Shown: positions 38,890 to 49,049 of the stretch, in pieces
Layout of the letters: every line of letters begins with the position of its first letter
Position numbering within the stretch: the first letter of the stretch is position 1
NCBI GenBank assembly: GCA_024650005.2
Contig: CP122380.1
Location: forward strand, 1,216,001 to 1,280,000
Direction: 5' to 3'
Source: Candidatus Bathyarchaeum tardum
GTDB taxonomy: Archaea > Thermoproteota > Bathyarchaeia > Bathyarchaeales > Bathyarchaeaceae
DNA length: 64,000 bases
Made by a program: the position numbers and the translations under genes
The notes under the pieces: generated by a model
Told to the model about the DNA's origin: nothing
Databases searched by the model: none
What the model saw: the letters and a program-made list of their open reading frames with translations, nothing else

Positions 38890-39951
38890 ATGAAACTTCG
38901 CGACCGGGATACAATATACACCAAAGATGGCTTTTTGTTTCGAGTTTACGGTTACTTGCATCCTTCCGAAGGCTATGTTTGTGACCCTGAATATGCAGTA
39001 CCTCAAGTGTTTGTTTCAGATAACCCCCGTGCTAAACGGGGAATGAACAAGGCTAATTATTACAAGTTTTTTGCTGACGAGGGCATGAAACTCATTTATA
39101 ACAAGTATCCAAAATACCAAGTTTTTCATGAACCCCTGCAAAAGTGTGTACCAGGAGTTTACGAAGCAGACATCTCTGTAGTTAAAAAACCTGAATTGGG
39201 ATTGCAAATTGTTTTAAACAAAGAACCAAATGACCCTTTGTTGACGGCATTGCACGATTTGTTTGATCGGGTATTGGATGCTTCAGGTTTAAGAGATTCT
39301 GATTTTGGGGTTTTTGGTTCTTTGTTGCATGATTTTTATCATCCAGTTTTTTCGGATTTGGATTTTATCGTTTATGGAAAACAGAACTTGGACCGGCTTT
39401 GTGATGGGTTAGATAAACTCTACAAAGATGACCCATCGTTATGTAATGAGTTTGATTTTATGTCTGCTGTAGAATCTAAGGATTGGAAGTTTATCAACTA
39501 CAGTTTAGAGGATTATCTTTGGCATCAACGCCGAAAAATGATTTATGCATATTTTGAGTCCAAGGACGCGGGTCGAATAATTAAAGCAGAGTTTGAGCCT
39601 GTCAAAGATTGGGGTGAAATCGTTAATGGGTTTAACAATTTTGCTCGGATTTATCATGTTGGCTGGATTAAAGCAATCGTTGAAATTACAGATGATAAAG
39701 AAGGTCCCTTTATTCCATCAGTTTACCAAATTAAAATCAAAGAAATTCTAGAAGGACCAAAAATTGAAAACATCACTCAAATTTTCTCGTATATGGAAGA
39801 ATTTAGGTTCCAAGCCAAAAAAGGTGAACAAGCCCTAGTTGAAGGTAATCTCGAAAAAGTCATCGACGGAACTAACACATTTTACCAAATCACGTTAAGT
39901 TATGGTCACAGATATTACGAACAAACCTTCAAAGTAATACCAGAAAACTGA
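38890..39951 (+). CDS. Nucleotidyltransferase (COG1665-like), paralogue 3
   Basis: GVFGS...SDLD motif; RDRD..TKDGFLF.V.GYLHP. Confidence 0.8.
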   Translation: MKLRDRDTIYTKDGFLFRVYGYLHPSEGYVCDPEYAVPQVFVSDNPRAKRGMNKANYYKFFADEGMKLIYNKYPKYQVFHEPLQKCVPGVYEADISVVKKPELGLQIVLNKEPNDPLLTALHDLFDRVLDASGLRDSDFGVFGSLLHDFYHPVFSDLDFIVYGKQNLDRLCDGLDKLYKDDPSLCNEFDFMSAVESKDWKFINYSLEDYLWHQRRKMIYAYFESKDAGRIIKAEFEPVKDWGEIVNGFNNFARIYHVGWIKAIVEITDDKEGPFIPSVYQIKIKEILEGPKIENITQIFSYMEEFRFQAKKGEQALVEGNLEKVIDGTNTFYQITLSYGHRYYEQTFKVIPEN

Positions 39952-39985
39952 AATTAAATTGAGTAAACTGTGGTTTTGATGACCA

Positions 39986-40429
39986 ATGGAATATTATTTT
40001 CCTGAAAGCGCCCGTTTTGTTTGTGAAAAATGTGGTCGTTGTTGTGGGGATACAGAGGACACAATTAGGCATGTTCTTTTATTGAAAAGTGAAGCTGAAA
40101 AAATATCAAAAGAAACATCACAAGAAATTCGGGAATTTGCTCACGAAGTTAATGGGTTTGAACCCTATATTTATGAGATAAAAAAAACTGAAACAGAAGG
40201 GAAATGTCTTTTTTTAGAATACAACAGATGTACAATATATGAGATTAGGCCAATAATTTGCAGGTTTTATCCCTTTGAATTAAAGAACCTTGGAAAAGAC
40301 AAATACTCGTTTTTGTTCACAACAAAATGTAAAGGCATTGGACAAGGTCCTAATTTGAAAAAAGACTTTTTTGAAGGTCTCTTCATGCTAGTCACCAAAG
40401 TAATGGATGAAGACGCAAAAATAGCTTAA
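39986..40429 (+). CDS. YkgJ-family cysteine-cluster protein
   Basis: CEKCGRCC...CLFL...CTIYEIRPIICRFYPF. Confidence 0.9.
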   Translation: MEYYFPESARFVCEKCGRCCGDTEDTIRHVLLLKSEAEKISKETSQEIREFAHEVNGFEPYIYEIKKTETEGKCLFLEYNRCTIYEIRPIICRFYPFELKNLGKDKYSFLFTTKCKGIGQGPNLKKDFFEGLFMLVTKVMDEDAKIA

Positions 40430-40462
40430 TTTTTTTGGGGGTAGGGTTCAAATAAATGAGCA

Positions 40463-41248
40463 GTGTTAGATTGTTTTGCTAAAGGATGGAACGGGAAACA
40501 GAACATGTGTGCTGATTCAAGGGATAAGATTTGGTTTGACGAGTTAAATATGCCTCAAGCTGAAAAGGCAGCTAAAGACGGGAAGGTTGTCATTATTCCA
40601 TGTGGAAGCATAGAAGAGCATGGTAATCATTTGCCTTTGAATACAGACAGTCTTCAAGCAGAATATATAGCAGTAGAGGTTGCCAAAAAAACTGGAAGTT
40701 TGCTTGCGCCGCCTTTGAGGTATGGTTTGTGTAATTCTACTCGCAATTTTCCGGGTACAGTAACAATTAGTTTTGATTCTTTAAGAAGTATAATGACAGA
40801 TATTTTGGATGATTTTGTTCGAAATGGCTTCAAACGGTTGTTGGTTCTCACCGGTCATGCAGGCAGTTCTCACATGACTGCTATTAAGCTAGCAGCAAAA
40901 GTAGTGGTAAACAAGCATATGACAGGAAAAAACCGTCCCCGAATCATGGTTTGTTCAGATTACGATTTTGCGTTTGACCTAAAAGATAAAAGCATAGATG
41001 ACCGTGACTCCCATGCTGGAACAATAGAAACCTCACGAGTTATGGCTATACGGCCAGATTTGGTTACTGGAAAAGGAATAAAAAACTTTCCAGAACTGCC
41101 CCGGTTTGAGATTACTTCAAATCCACAAAAGTACTTCCCTAGCGGAGTAATGGGTGACCCAACCATAGCAACAACTGAGATAGGGCAAAAAATTAACGAT
41201 TACGTGATAGAGCAAATCTCAGAGTTAGTAGAAAAACTGAAAAGATGA
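40463..41248 (+). CDS. Creatininase-family amidohydrolase (true start perhaps ATG 40505)
   Basis: GSIEEHGNHLPLNTD, GHAG and HAGTIETS motifs. Confidence 0.9.
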   Translation: MLDCFAKGWNGKQNMCADSRDKIWFDELNMPQAEKAAKDGKVVIIPCGSIEEHGNHLPLNTDSLQAEYIAVEVAKKTGSLLAPPLRYGLCNSTRNFPGTVTISFDSLRSIMTDILDDFVRNGFKRLLVLTGHAGSSHMTAIKLAAKVVVNKHMTGKNRPRIMVCSDYDFAFDLKDKSIDDRDSHAGTIETSRVMAIRPDLVTGKGIKNFPELPRFEITSNPQKYFPSGVMGDPTIATTEIGQKINDYVIEQISELVEKLKR

Positions 41249-41277
41249 AAAACAAAAGAGTTAACGGGGAAGCTTAA

Positions 41278-41835
41278 TTGATCAAAGCATTAGTTTTTTT
41301 AGCAACTGGATTTGAAGAAATCGAAGCAGTTACAATCGTTGACATTTTAAGAAGAGGCAACATAGCAGTAACTACAGCGGGAATAACACCTAACCCCATA
41401 GAGGGAGCGCACAAATTGAAAATCATTCCCGACAAATATGTCGAGGAAATCTTTGCCCAAGAATTTGATGCAATAATATGTCCGGGTGGCGCTCCAGGAT
41501 ACAAAAACCTTAGAATAGACTCTCGAGTAATCCAAATAATCAAAAACGCATACAACCAAAACAAGTTAGTTGCTGCGATTTGTGCTGCACCCGCGGTTCT
41601 TTCTGATGCAGGAATCTTAGAAAATAAAAACTGCACAATATATCCAGGAATGGAAAATGAACTCATCAAAGGTAAAGGTAAGCCAAAACCAGACAATGTA
41701 GTGGTTGATGGCAGAATAGTAACAAGCAAAGGACCCGCAACAGCTCTTGAGTTTGCTCTTAAACTGGTAGAAATGTTGTCTGGAAAACATGTTGCTGATT
41801 CTGTTGCTAAACAAGTTCTAGCAAACTATAAATAA
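41278..41835 (+). CDS. DJ-1/PfpI (YajL/ThiJ) family protein
   Basis: GFEEIE, PGG, AAICAAP and TSKGP motifs. Confidence 0.92.
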   Translation: MIKALVFLATGFEEIEAVTIVDILRRGNIAVTTAGITPNPIEGAHKLKIIPDKYVEEIFAQEFDAIICPGGAPGYKNLRIDSRVIQIIKNAYNQNKLVAAICAAPAVLSDAGILENKNCTIYPGMENELIKGKGKPKPDNVVVDGRIVTSKGPATALEFALKLVEMLSGKHVADSVAKQVLANYK

Positions 41836-41864
41836 AAAAAGAATGGGAAAGGTTTCGAACCTGT

Positions 41865-42656
41865 TTATTGTTTAAGGTTAACAGGTTTTTTGTGCTTCCA
41901 AAGGGTCGTCGCTATGGTAACAGCTATTACTAAACCAACCACTGTGATTACATGGATTCCTTCAGGGATGTCTTCTGTGGATTCGACTTCTGCGACAGTC
42001 CATTTGGAGAAGTGATCAGTGTTACAGACTAAGTATCCGTTTTCGTCTATGTAGCTTTCAACAGGTTCCCATTGTTCTTTCGTTTGGTTCCAGTACATCC
42101 ACGTTAGGCGCGAAACATTGACTTCTCTGTTTAATTCTTCGTTTAGTTCGGTTTGGTTGATGAATAACCGAAGTTGAGCTTGAAGTTGAATGCTACTGTT
42201 AGGTTCTAATCCCATGTAGAAGTTTAATGTTCGGTCCATAACAGCTTCGCCATTTGGTGGGGATGCAGTACAGTTCATTGCTAAGGTCATTGTTTGGTTA
42301 GGGTTAACATTAACTGAAACAATCCTGTTTGAAACTTGTGAATCTACAGTTATGTTCATCTCACAGTTCTGGGTGGAGTTCACCATTATGGTAACATTTC
42401 GGTAAAAGAACACGTTCATTTTCATTGCTTCTACGTTTTCAATTTGACCGTTTGGAGTCATATCGGTTCTGTTGTGTTGCATTGCATCATTGGGCATATC
42501 AGGAGGCATATTATGAGCTGGAGTTTCAGTTGCTTGGACAGAAACGAAAACTGAAAAAGTCAACATTAGAACAAGAGTTAACGCCGTGAAGCTTCCTATA
42601 CACTTTTTTTTGATCATCATTTTTTGGTCACCTATATCGTTTATGTTAATATACAC
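41865..42656 (-). CDS. Secreted surface protein with PEF-CTERM-like C-terminal sorting signal
   Basis: Signal peptide, TDHFS motif, C-terminal IPEG + TM helix + KHKK. Confidence 0.7.
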   Translation of the reverse strand: MYININDIGDQKMMIKKKCIGSFTALTLVLMLTFSVFVSVQATETPAHNMPPDMPNDAMQHNRTDMTPNGQIENVEAMKMNVFFYRNVTIMVNSTQNCEMNITVDSQVSNRIVSVNVNPNQTMTLAMNCTASPPNGEAVMDRTLNFYMGLEPNSSIQLQAQLRLFINQTELNEELNREVNVSRLTWMYWNQTKEQWEPVESYIDENGYLVCNTDHFSKWTVAEVESTEDIPEGIHVITVVGLVIAVTIATTLWKHKKPVNLKQ

Positions 42657-42727
42657 TACTATTGTGTAAGATAAGGGACATTATGGAAAAACCATTCCAA
42701 AAAATGAAACGGTATTTTAACACAAGT

Positions 42728-43585
42728 TTACTTATTTTTTGGAGGCTCAACATGAATTGTCATCTTCACGTTAGGTTGTTCCTCTTTTATCTCGTCTGCA
42801 AGGTGGTCAGTCAGGTCGTGGGCTTCTTGAACACTTAAGGAACCGTCAACAGAAAGATGCAATTCCGCAAAGACTTGGTTCCCATGTCTGCGAGTTTTTA
42901 AGTTATGAAAATCTATAAAATGGTAAGCATGACGATCAAGAACTTCAATAATTTTGTTTTCTTCATCAGTGCAGGATTGATCCATTAAGCGGTTCGAGGA
43001 TTTAAAAATTAGTTTTAATCCGACCCGGACAACTAACGCTGATACAATAAAGGCTAAGACTGAATCCAAAAAGTTCCAACCAGTTAACTGAGCAACAACC
43101 AAGCCAATCCAGACACCTGCAGTTGAAATTACATCTGAGAACAGATGTTTTGCGCTCCCTTCAAGGGCGGTTGAGCCACAGCTTTTTGCTGTTCGAATCA
43201 ACAATAAAGACAATAGACCATTCAAAACAGTAGCAAATATCGAGACCCCAATGGCAAAATCAAGCTGTAACAATTCAATTGATTCAAAGAGACGCCCAGC
43301 GGCAGCGTAAATAATTAGAGCTGCAGCGATAAGAATTAGAAAACCTTGTAAGAGACTGGATATGTCTTCAACTTTTTCGTGCCCATACTTATGGTCACGG
43401 TCGGGGGCACGTTCTGAAACACATACAGAAAAAAGCATCAACGCTGAAGAAACAATATTAACGATTGATTCCAAGGCATCTGAAAGTAACGCAACAGAAT
43501 TAGAAAGAAAATATGCAACCAGCTTTATAGCAAAGATTGCCACGCCACAGAATACGGCTAGAACTGCAACTTGTTTCTTTTCCAT
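42728..43585 (-). CDS. Cation diffusion facilitator family transporter
   Basis: SVALLSDALES, HKYGHEKVE, HLFSD and IHVEP motifs. Confidence 0.93.
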   Translation of the reverse strand: MEKKQVAVLAVFCGVAIFAIKLVAYFLSNSVALLSDALESIVNIVSSALMLFSVCVSERAPDRDHKYGHEKVEDISSLLQGFLILIAAALIIYAAAGRLFESIELLQLDFAIGVSIFATVLNGLLSLLLIRTAKSCGSTALEGSAKHLFSDVISTAGVWIGLVVAQLTGWNFLDSVLAFIVSALVVRVGLKLIFKSSNRLMDQSCTDEENKIIEVLDRHAYHFIDFHNLKTRRHGNQVFAELHLSVDGSLSVQEAHDLTDHLADEIKEEQPNVKMTIHVEPPKNK

Positions 43586-43690
43586 ATGTGCTAGTTCGGT
43601 TGTATCTCGCTTTTAGGTGTTACCCATAAATGAGCAAACAAAATCAGCAACACTTATTGATACAGATACTCATACTTTTTTGATGAACAT

Positions 43691-44287
43691 ATGATTATCG
43701 GCATATGTGGAAGCCCAAGAAAAGCTGCAACTGAACACGTTTTAACTGAAGCTCTTAACATGCTTGAGAGCAAAGGTTTCAAAACTGAGTTGTTTACAGT
43801 AAGAAATAAAAATATTGGATTTTGCATTCACTGTGATTATTGCCTCAAACAAAAAGAGTGCATAAAAAAAGATGACATGACCACAGTTTACAGTTTATTG
43901 AAAAAGGCAAATGGAATTATCTTTGCTACTCCAGTTTATAATGGGGCGGTTAGTGCCCAAATAAAAGCTGTTATGGATCGAACTCGAGCATTACTTGCCT
44001 CAGACAAAAACAGCTTAAAAAATAAAATAGGCATGGCTATTGCAGTGGGAGGTGACCGAAGTGGAGGACAAGAACCTGCAATGCAGCAAATTCACACATT
44101 TTATATTTTAAATGGAATTGTACCCATAAGTGGAGGATTTTTTGGCGCAAATCTTGGAGCTAGTTTATGGTCAAAAGACACCTTAAATGGTGTAAAAGAA
44201 GATTCTGAAGGCTTTCGTGGTTTGAAAAAAACTGTAAAAAAGTTTGCTGATGCATTAAATACGCAAATGAGTGAAAAAGATGTCTGA
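43691..44287 (+). CDS. Iron-sulfur flavoprotein (Isf/flavodoxin family)
   Basis: GSPR, CIHCDYC...C, ATPVY and GGDRSGGQE motifs. Confidence 0.9.
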   Translation: MIIGICGSPRKAATEHVLTEALNMLESKGFKTELFTVRNKNIGFCIHCDYCLKQKECIKKDDMTTVYSLLKKANGIIFATPVYNGAVSAQIKAVMDRTRALLASDKNSLKNKIGMAIAVGGDRSGGQEPAMQQIHTFYILNGIVPISGGFFGANLGASLWSKDTLNGVKEDSEGFRGLKKTVKKFADALNTQMSEKDV

Positions 44288-44864
44288 TGGACAAGAAACA
44301 AAGAGAAAACGAGTAACTTGGGGCATCACGGGTAGTGGTGATAGAATAAATGAAGTAATTGAAGTCATGAAACAGCTTCGAGAAGACTACAAAGACGACG
44401 TAAGAATAACAGTTTATACCTCTAAAGCAGGGGAGCAAGTAACAAAATTTTATGCCTTATTCAAAGACATCAAAGACAGTTTCGAAAAAGTCAGAACCGA
44501 AGTAAACGCTAACGTTCCGACTCTAGCTGTTCAGCTCCAAAGCGGCAAAATTGAGTTTTTAATAATTGCACCAGTTACTTCAAATACAATTGCAAAACTT
44601 GCAAACGGAATCGCAGACACATTACTAACGAACTCTGCAATAATGGCGTTGAAAACTTTCGTTCCAGTTTACCTGTTACCATGTGACCTTAAAGAAGGAA
44701 CAACAGTCACCCAACTTCCAGACGGCAGTGAAATGAAACTACAAGTAAGAACAGAAGAAGCAGAGCAAACCAAAAAACTAGGGGAAATGAAAGGCGTTTT
44801 CATACTTGAAAAACCCGAAGACATAAAAAAAGTATTTCAAGACCACTTCAAACCACAAGGATAA
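44280..44864 (+). CDS. afpA: Archaeoflavoprotein AfpA
   Basis: WGITGSGD, APVTSNTIAKLANGIADTLLTN and LPCD motifs. Confidence 0.82.
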   Translation: MSDGQETKRKRVTWGITGSGDRINEVIEVMKQLREDYKDDVRITVYTSKAGEQVTKFYALFKDIKDSFEKVRTEVNANVPTLAVQLQSGKIEFLIIAPVTSNTIAKLANGIADTLLTNSAIMALKTFVPVYLLPCDLKEGTTVTQLPDGSEMKLQVRTEEAEQTKKLGEMKGVFILEKPEDIKKVFQDHFKPQG

Positions 44865-44943
44865 TTATCAATTCCTTCAGTTTCAGGTGAAAGTAAACAT
44901 TTTTTTTGAACCATATCTACTGACTTCATAAGGGGATAAGTAT

Positions 44944-45225
44944 CTAGGTTGTTTTGTGGTCTTCACCAATTACCGAAATTGAACAGCTAACAGATATGCT
45001 CTCGGTGTATGTTCCACTCTTAACAAAAACTGTGTCTCCATCAGACGCTGTATCTACAGCTTCTTGAATTGTAGAAAAATCGTCTGGAACATAATAAGTA
45101 TTAGATTTCGCAGTAACAGCTCCGATTTGAGAAAAAGAAATATTGAAAACAGAAAAAAGTAATAATAAAAGAATTGTTGATTTTGTATTATTCATAATAT
45201 ATTTAAAATTGTACTTGTTCATCAT
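44944..45225 (-). pseudogene. Truncated N-terminus of a NosD/parallel beta-helix surface protein
   Basis: Signal peptide + VPDDFSTIQEAVDTASDGDTVFVKSGTYTE, then a stop before any beta-helix repeats. Confidence 0.7.
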
Positions 45226-45379
45226 CTTGAAAAAGAGTTTTTGTCAAGAAAAATTGACCAAATCAATAATGATTATTGAACAGGCAAGTCAAGAAACTTT
45301 GACAAACCTATTCATATGATTTGTTGAGGGGTTCTGATTAAAATAAACAGTAAGGTTTATTTACAGTAACATCATGACA

Positions 45380-45418
45380 AAATTACGAGCACTCGTAATA
45401 TACGAGCTTTCGTAATTT
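45380..45418. promoter_or_regulatory. Tandem palindromic operator upstream of dtxR-feoAB
   Basis: ATTACGAG-CA-CTCGTAAT (45382-45399) followed by TACGA-GCTT-TCGTA. Confidence 0.7.
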
Positions 45419-45433
45419 CCTTTGGTGAAATTC

Positions 45434-46111
45434 ATGAACAGCAAAGAAATCGAAGTAACAAATCAAGCCGAAGAATACCTAGAGGCAATTTACCGCTTGG
45501 AAAACAAAACAGGATTTGCACGAACAATGGATCTTTCTCGAGAGTTGGGGGTGGTTCCGGGTTCGATTACAAACACGGTGGAGAATCTAGAGCGGAAGCA
45601 ACTGGTTGTTCATGAACCATATAAAGGAGTGAAATTAACCCCAAGTGGACGCAAAATTGCATCCAGCATATTGAGGCGACATCGCCTCGCAGAACGATTG
45701 CTTACTGACTTCTTACAAATAGATTGGAGCGAAGTCCATGACCCCGCATGTAAGCTTGAACATGCCCTTACCCCCGAAATCCTTAAGCCTTTAGAGAAAG
45801 CTTTAGGTCACCCTAAAACGTGCCCTCACGGAAATCCCATACCTACAGACTGCGGAGGAATCTATGAAGGAAAAACAGTTGCATTGACTGACCTACGCAC
45901 TAATACAAGGGGTGTTATTGTAAAAATTACTGAAGAAAAGCCTGAAATTCTCAAGGAACTTGCTAGGCTTAATCTTACTCCTGAAGAGGAAGTAAAAATT
46001 GTAAACAAAATGGATGAAAATGGTCTTTTAGAAATATGGGTTAGAAATCAAAGCTGTTCAATCGAGCAAAGTTTAGCATCGATAATTTTTGTTGAAAAAT
46101 TGGAGACGTGA
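45434..46111 (+). CDS. DtxR/MntR family metal-dependent regulator with FeoA-like domain
   Basis: EEYLEAIY, RRHRLAERLL, ACKLEH and CPHGNPIP motifs. Confidence 0.94.
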   Translation: MNSKEIEVTNQAEEYLEAIYRLENKTGFARTMDLSRELGVVPGSITNTVENLERKQLVVHEPYKGVKLTPSGRKIASSILRRHRLAERLLTDFLQIDWSEVHDPACKLEHALTPEILKPLEKALGHPKTCPHGNPIPTDCGGIYEGKTVALTDLRTNTRGVIVKITEEKPEILKELARLNLTPEEEVKIVNKMDENGLLEIWVRNQSCSIEQSLASIIFVEKLET

Positions 46112-46118
46112 AAACCTA

Positions 46119-46415
46119 ATGCAGATACCATTAACTGAATTAAAAAACGGCGAGAAAGGAATCATAGTTTCTACTGTCTTCAAGTCCCCGGATGCTCCAA
46201 TGTGCCAGCATCGTGCCCGAAAAGGTTGGAAAAAGAAAGCATCGATTGAGTTGTGCATTAAAAGGCTGACTGATTTAGGTTTAACTCCAGGCACAGAAGT
46301 GACTGTTGTTAAGTCTGCACCCTTCAAGGGTCCATTAGAAATTTATGTCAGGGGATCCCGCCTAGCGATTGGCAGAGGAATGGCAAGTCGAATACTAATG
46401 GAAGTGAAACGATGA
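46119..46415 (+). CDS. feoA: Ferrous iron transport protein A
   Basis: RLTDLGLTPG, APFKGP and RGSRLAIGR motifs. Confidence 0.92.
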   Translation: MQIPLTELKNGEKGIIVSTVFKSPDAPMCQHRARKGWKKKASIELCIKRLTDLGLTPGTEVTVVKSAPFKGPLEIYVRGSRLAIGRGMASRILMEVKR

Positions 46416-48346
46416 AAGAAAAAAATTTTACTATTGCCTTAGCAGGAAACGCCAACGTTGGAAAATCGGTCATATTTAATCAGCTAACAGGCTTGCATCA
46501 GCACATTGGAAACTGGCCGGGAAAAACTGTAGAAAAAGCAGAGGGAACCCTAAACTACAAAGGCTACACGATTGACTTCGTAGATTTGCCTGGAATCTAT
46601 TCTTTGTCAACATACTCCATAGAAGAACTAGTATCACGTGAATACATCGCAACAGAAAAACCAGATTTGGTAATAAATGTGGTAGATGCTTCACTTCTAG
46701 AAAGGAACCTGTTTTTCACATTGCAACTCTTAGAACTTGAGGCACCTTTACTTATCGCCCTAAACCAGATAGACCTAGCCAAAAAGAAAGGAATCTTAAT
46801 CGACACCAACAAAGCGGAAAAAGTCCTTGGAGTTCCAGTTGTTCCAACAGTTGCTGTAACAGGAAAGGGGATTTCAGACATGCTGGACATTGCTATTGCA
46901 GTTATTGAAAAAAACTGTAAAACTCATCCCCTTAAGCCCAAGTACGGAAAAGAAATTGAAGAAAAAATCAATCAATTAGTAGAACTTCTCAAATCAACAG
47001 ATTTGAAGTACCCTCCAAGATGGATTGCCATCAAACTTTTAGACGAAGACAAAGAAATCGAAAAACTAGTGCATGAACAGAATTCACAAATCACAAAAAT
47101 TGCTGAAAAACTACGGGGAGACCTAGAAAAATGTCATGGTCATTCTTGTCCAACTGTAATTACTTCGGAAAGGTATCAAGTTGCAAGCATAATTGCAAAC
47201 GAGATTCAACAAATAACTGAACCAGTAAAAACTCCTCTGCGAGAAAAACTTCACACAGCTACTACCCATAGGGTCTTTGGTTACCCAATAATGTTAGGAA
47301 CTATTCTTGCAGTTTTTGTTGCAATATTCAGTTTCGGGGATTTCACATCTGCTCTTGTTGGTGATTTCCTGATGGGGTTACAACCCACCGTTGAAAGTGT
47401 TCTTGGAACTGGAATAGTAACTGAACTATTATGGGGAGGAATAATGGAAGGAATAATCGGTGGAATCACAGTTGCATTACCGTACATTTTGCCGTTCTAT
47501 TTCATATTATACCTGTTTGAAGACTCAGGATACCTTAGCCGAATTGCATTTTTGATGGACAGGCTAATGCATCGAATGGGACTGCATGGAAAAGCTTTCA
47601 TTCCAGTTATGCTCAGTTTCGGCTGTAATGTTCCAGGTTGCCTTGGATGCCGAATAATGGAAACCAGCCGAGAGCGACTGCTAACGGCTTTTGTTGTTAC
47701 TTTGATTCCTTGTGCTGCAACTTCAGTCATCATTTTAGGACTAGTAGGAGCACATGTTGGAATCGAGTGGGCACTCGCATTATACATCATTAACCTGATT
47801 CTCGTATTCGTCCTAGGGAGAATCGCTTTCAAAGCCTTGCCTGGAGAACCAACCGAACTGATAATGGAAATGAGCGACTACCGTATCCCCCACATGAAAA
47901 CAGTTACCAAACAAACATGGTTTAGGCTAAGGGAATTCATCGTCATGGCCTTCCCCCTTATCATTGCAGGCAGTTTTGTAATTAAACTGGCAGAAGTTGC
48001 AAACTTACTAGAACCAATTGCTAACATAGCAAGCCCGATAACTGTTGCATGGCTTGGATTACCCGCTGTTACAGGAATTGCGTTAATCTTTGGAGTCCTA
48101 CGAAAAGAACTTACCCTGATAATGCTTGCAACATTACTAGGAACAACAAACTTTGCAACAGTAATGACACCAACACAAATGATAGTTTTCACCCTAGTGG
48201 TTATGCTTTACATTCCATGCGTTGCTACAATTGGAGCATTAGTCAAAGAGTTTGGGTGGAAAAAAGCTACAACAATAACAGTAATAGAAATTGCCCTTGC
48301 GCTAGTCCTCGGAGGAATAGCCTTCAGGCTACTCACGATAATTTAA
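46412..48346 (+). CDS. feoB: Ferrous iron transport protein B
   Basis: GNANVGKS, GNWPGKTVE, DLPG, SFGCNVP and YIPC motifs. Confidence 0.96.
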   Translation: MKEKNFTIALAGNANVGKSVIFNQLTGLHQHIGNWPGKTVEKAEGTLNYKGYTIDFVDLPGIYSLSTYSIEELVSREYIATEKPDLVINVVDASLLERNLFFTLQLLELEAPLLIALNQIDLAKKKGILIDTNKAEKVLGVPVVPTVAVTGKGISDMLDIAIAVIEKNCKTHPLKPKYGKEIEEKINQLVELLKSTDLKYPPRWIAIKLLDEDKEIEKLVHEQNSQITKIAEKLRGDLEKCHGHSCPTVITSERYQVASIIANEIQQITEPVKTPLREKLHTATTHRVFGYPIMLGTILAVFVAIFSFGDFTSALVGDFLMGLQPTVESVLGTGIVTELLWGGIMEGIIGGITVALPYILPFYFILYLFEDSGYLSRIAFLMDRLMHRMGLHGKAFIPVMLSFGCNVPGCLGCRIMETSRERLLTAFVVTLIPCAATSVIILGLVGAHVGIEWALALYIINLILVFVLGRIAFKALPGEPTELIMEMSDYRIPHMKTVTKQTWFRLREFIVMAFPLIIAGSFVIKLAEVANLLEPIANIASPITVAWLGLPAVTGIALIFGVLRKELTLIMLATLLGTTNFATVMTPTQMIVFTLVVMLYIPCVATIGALVKEFGWKKATTITVIEIALALVLGGIAFRLLTII

Positions 48347-48373
48347 CATGACTACTAAACAAAATACCAGCAA

Positions 48374-48955
48374 CTACTTAGCTTCTTTAAGTGGTCCCCT
48401 GTAATAACTTAATGCAGGGCAACCTACACATTTTTTATCTTCAAAGGATTGACAGCCATCACATTTGACTCCACAAGGGGCAATGTCTGCACTTTCACGC
48501 AGTGCATCAGCCTTCAAAGGCATGTACGGATAATGATGAATTCCACCAATAAGATAAATTTCTGATCTTCGGATTCCTTCGCCACTGCGCAATGCACATT
48601 TTTCAACACACTCGCTTTCCAGTGTAGCTTGATCTTCTGCCATCACCAAGGCAATTAAATTGAATCCTCCCATTGTGGTAAAAAAGTTGATTATCCTAGG
48701 ACATTTGCTATAACGGTCAATTATTTTTCGCATTGCTTCTGCATTTTCAATCTCCAACAAGATCAGTGCTAAACGCAGGTCAAGTTTATCGGTGTTTACC
48801 ATAGCTGAAATGTCAATTATGCCGTTACCAAGCAATTTATCAACTCTTTTTTTTGCTCCTAAACTAGTAAAACCGATGGCTTCACCTAAATCTTTGAATG
48901 TTTTCCTACCATCAGATTGAAGTTGCATTATTAGTTTCCAGTCAATGGCGTCCAT
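48374..48955 (-). CDS. Lrp/AsnC regulator with C-terminal Cys cluster
   Basis: MDAIDWKLIMQLQSDGRK HTH; tail CGVKCDGC...CVGCP. Confidence 0.85.
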   Translation of the reverse strand: MDAIDWKLIMQLQSDGRKTFKDLGEAIGFTSLGAKKRVDKLLGNGIIDISAMVNTDKLDLRLALILLEIENAEAMRKIIDRYSKCPRIINFFTTMGGFNLIALVMAEDQATLESECVEKCALRSGEGIRRSEIYLIGGIHHYPYMPLKADALRESADIAPCGVKCDGCQSFEDKKCVGCPALSYYRGPLKEAK

Positions 48956-49049
48956 GTTAAATCAGCAGTTATTTTACTAAACGAAACGTTTATTAAATGT
49001 TTTGATTTGTAAACAAACATAACAAGGATTATTAATTTAGTGATAAAAA

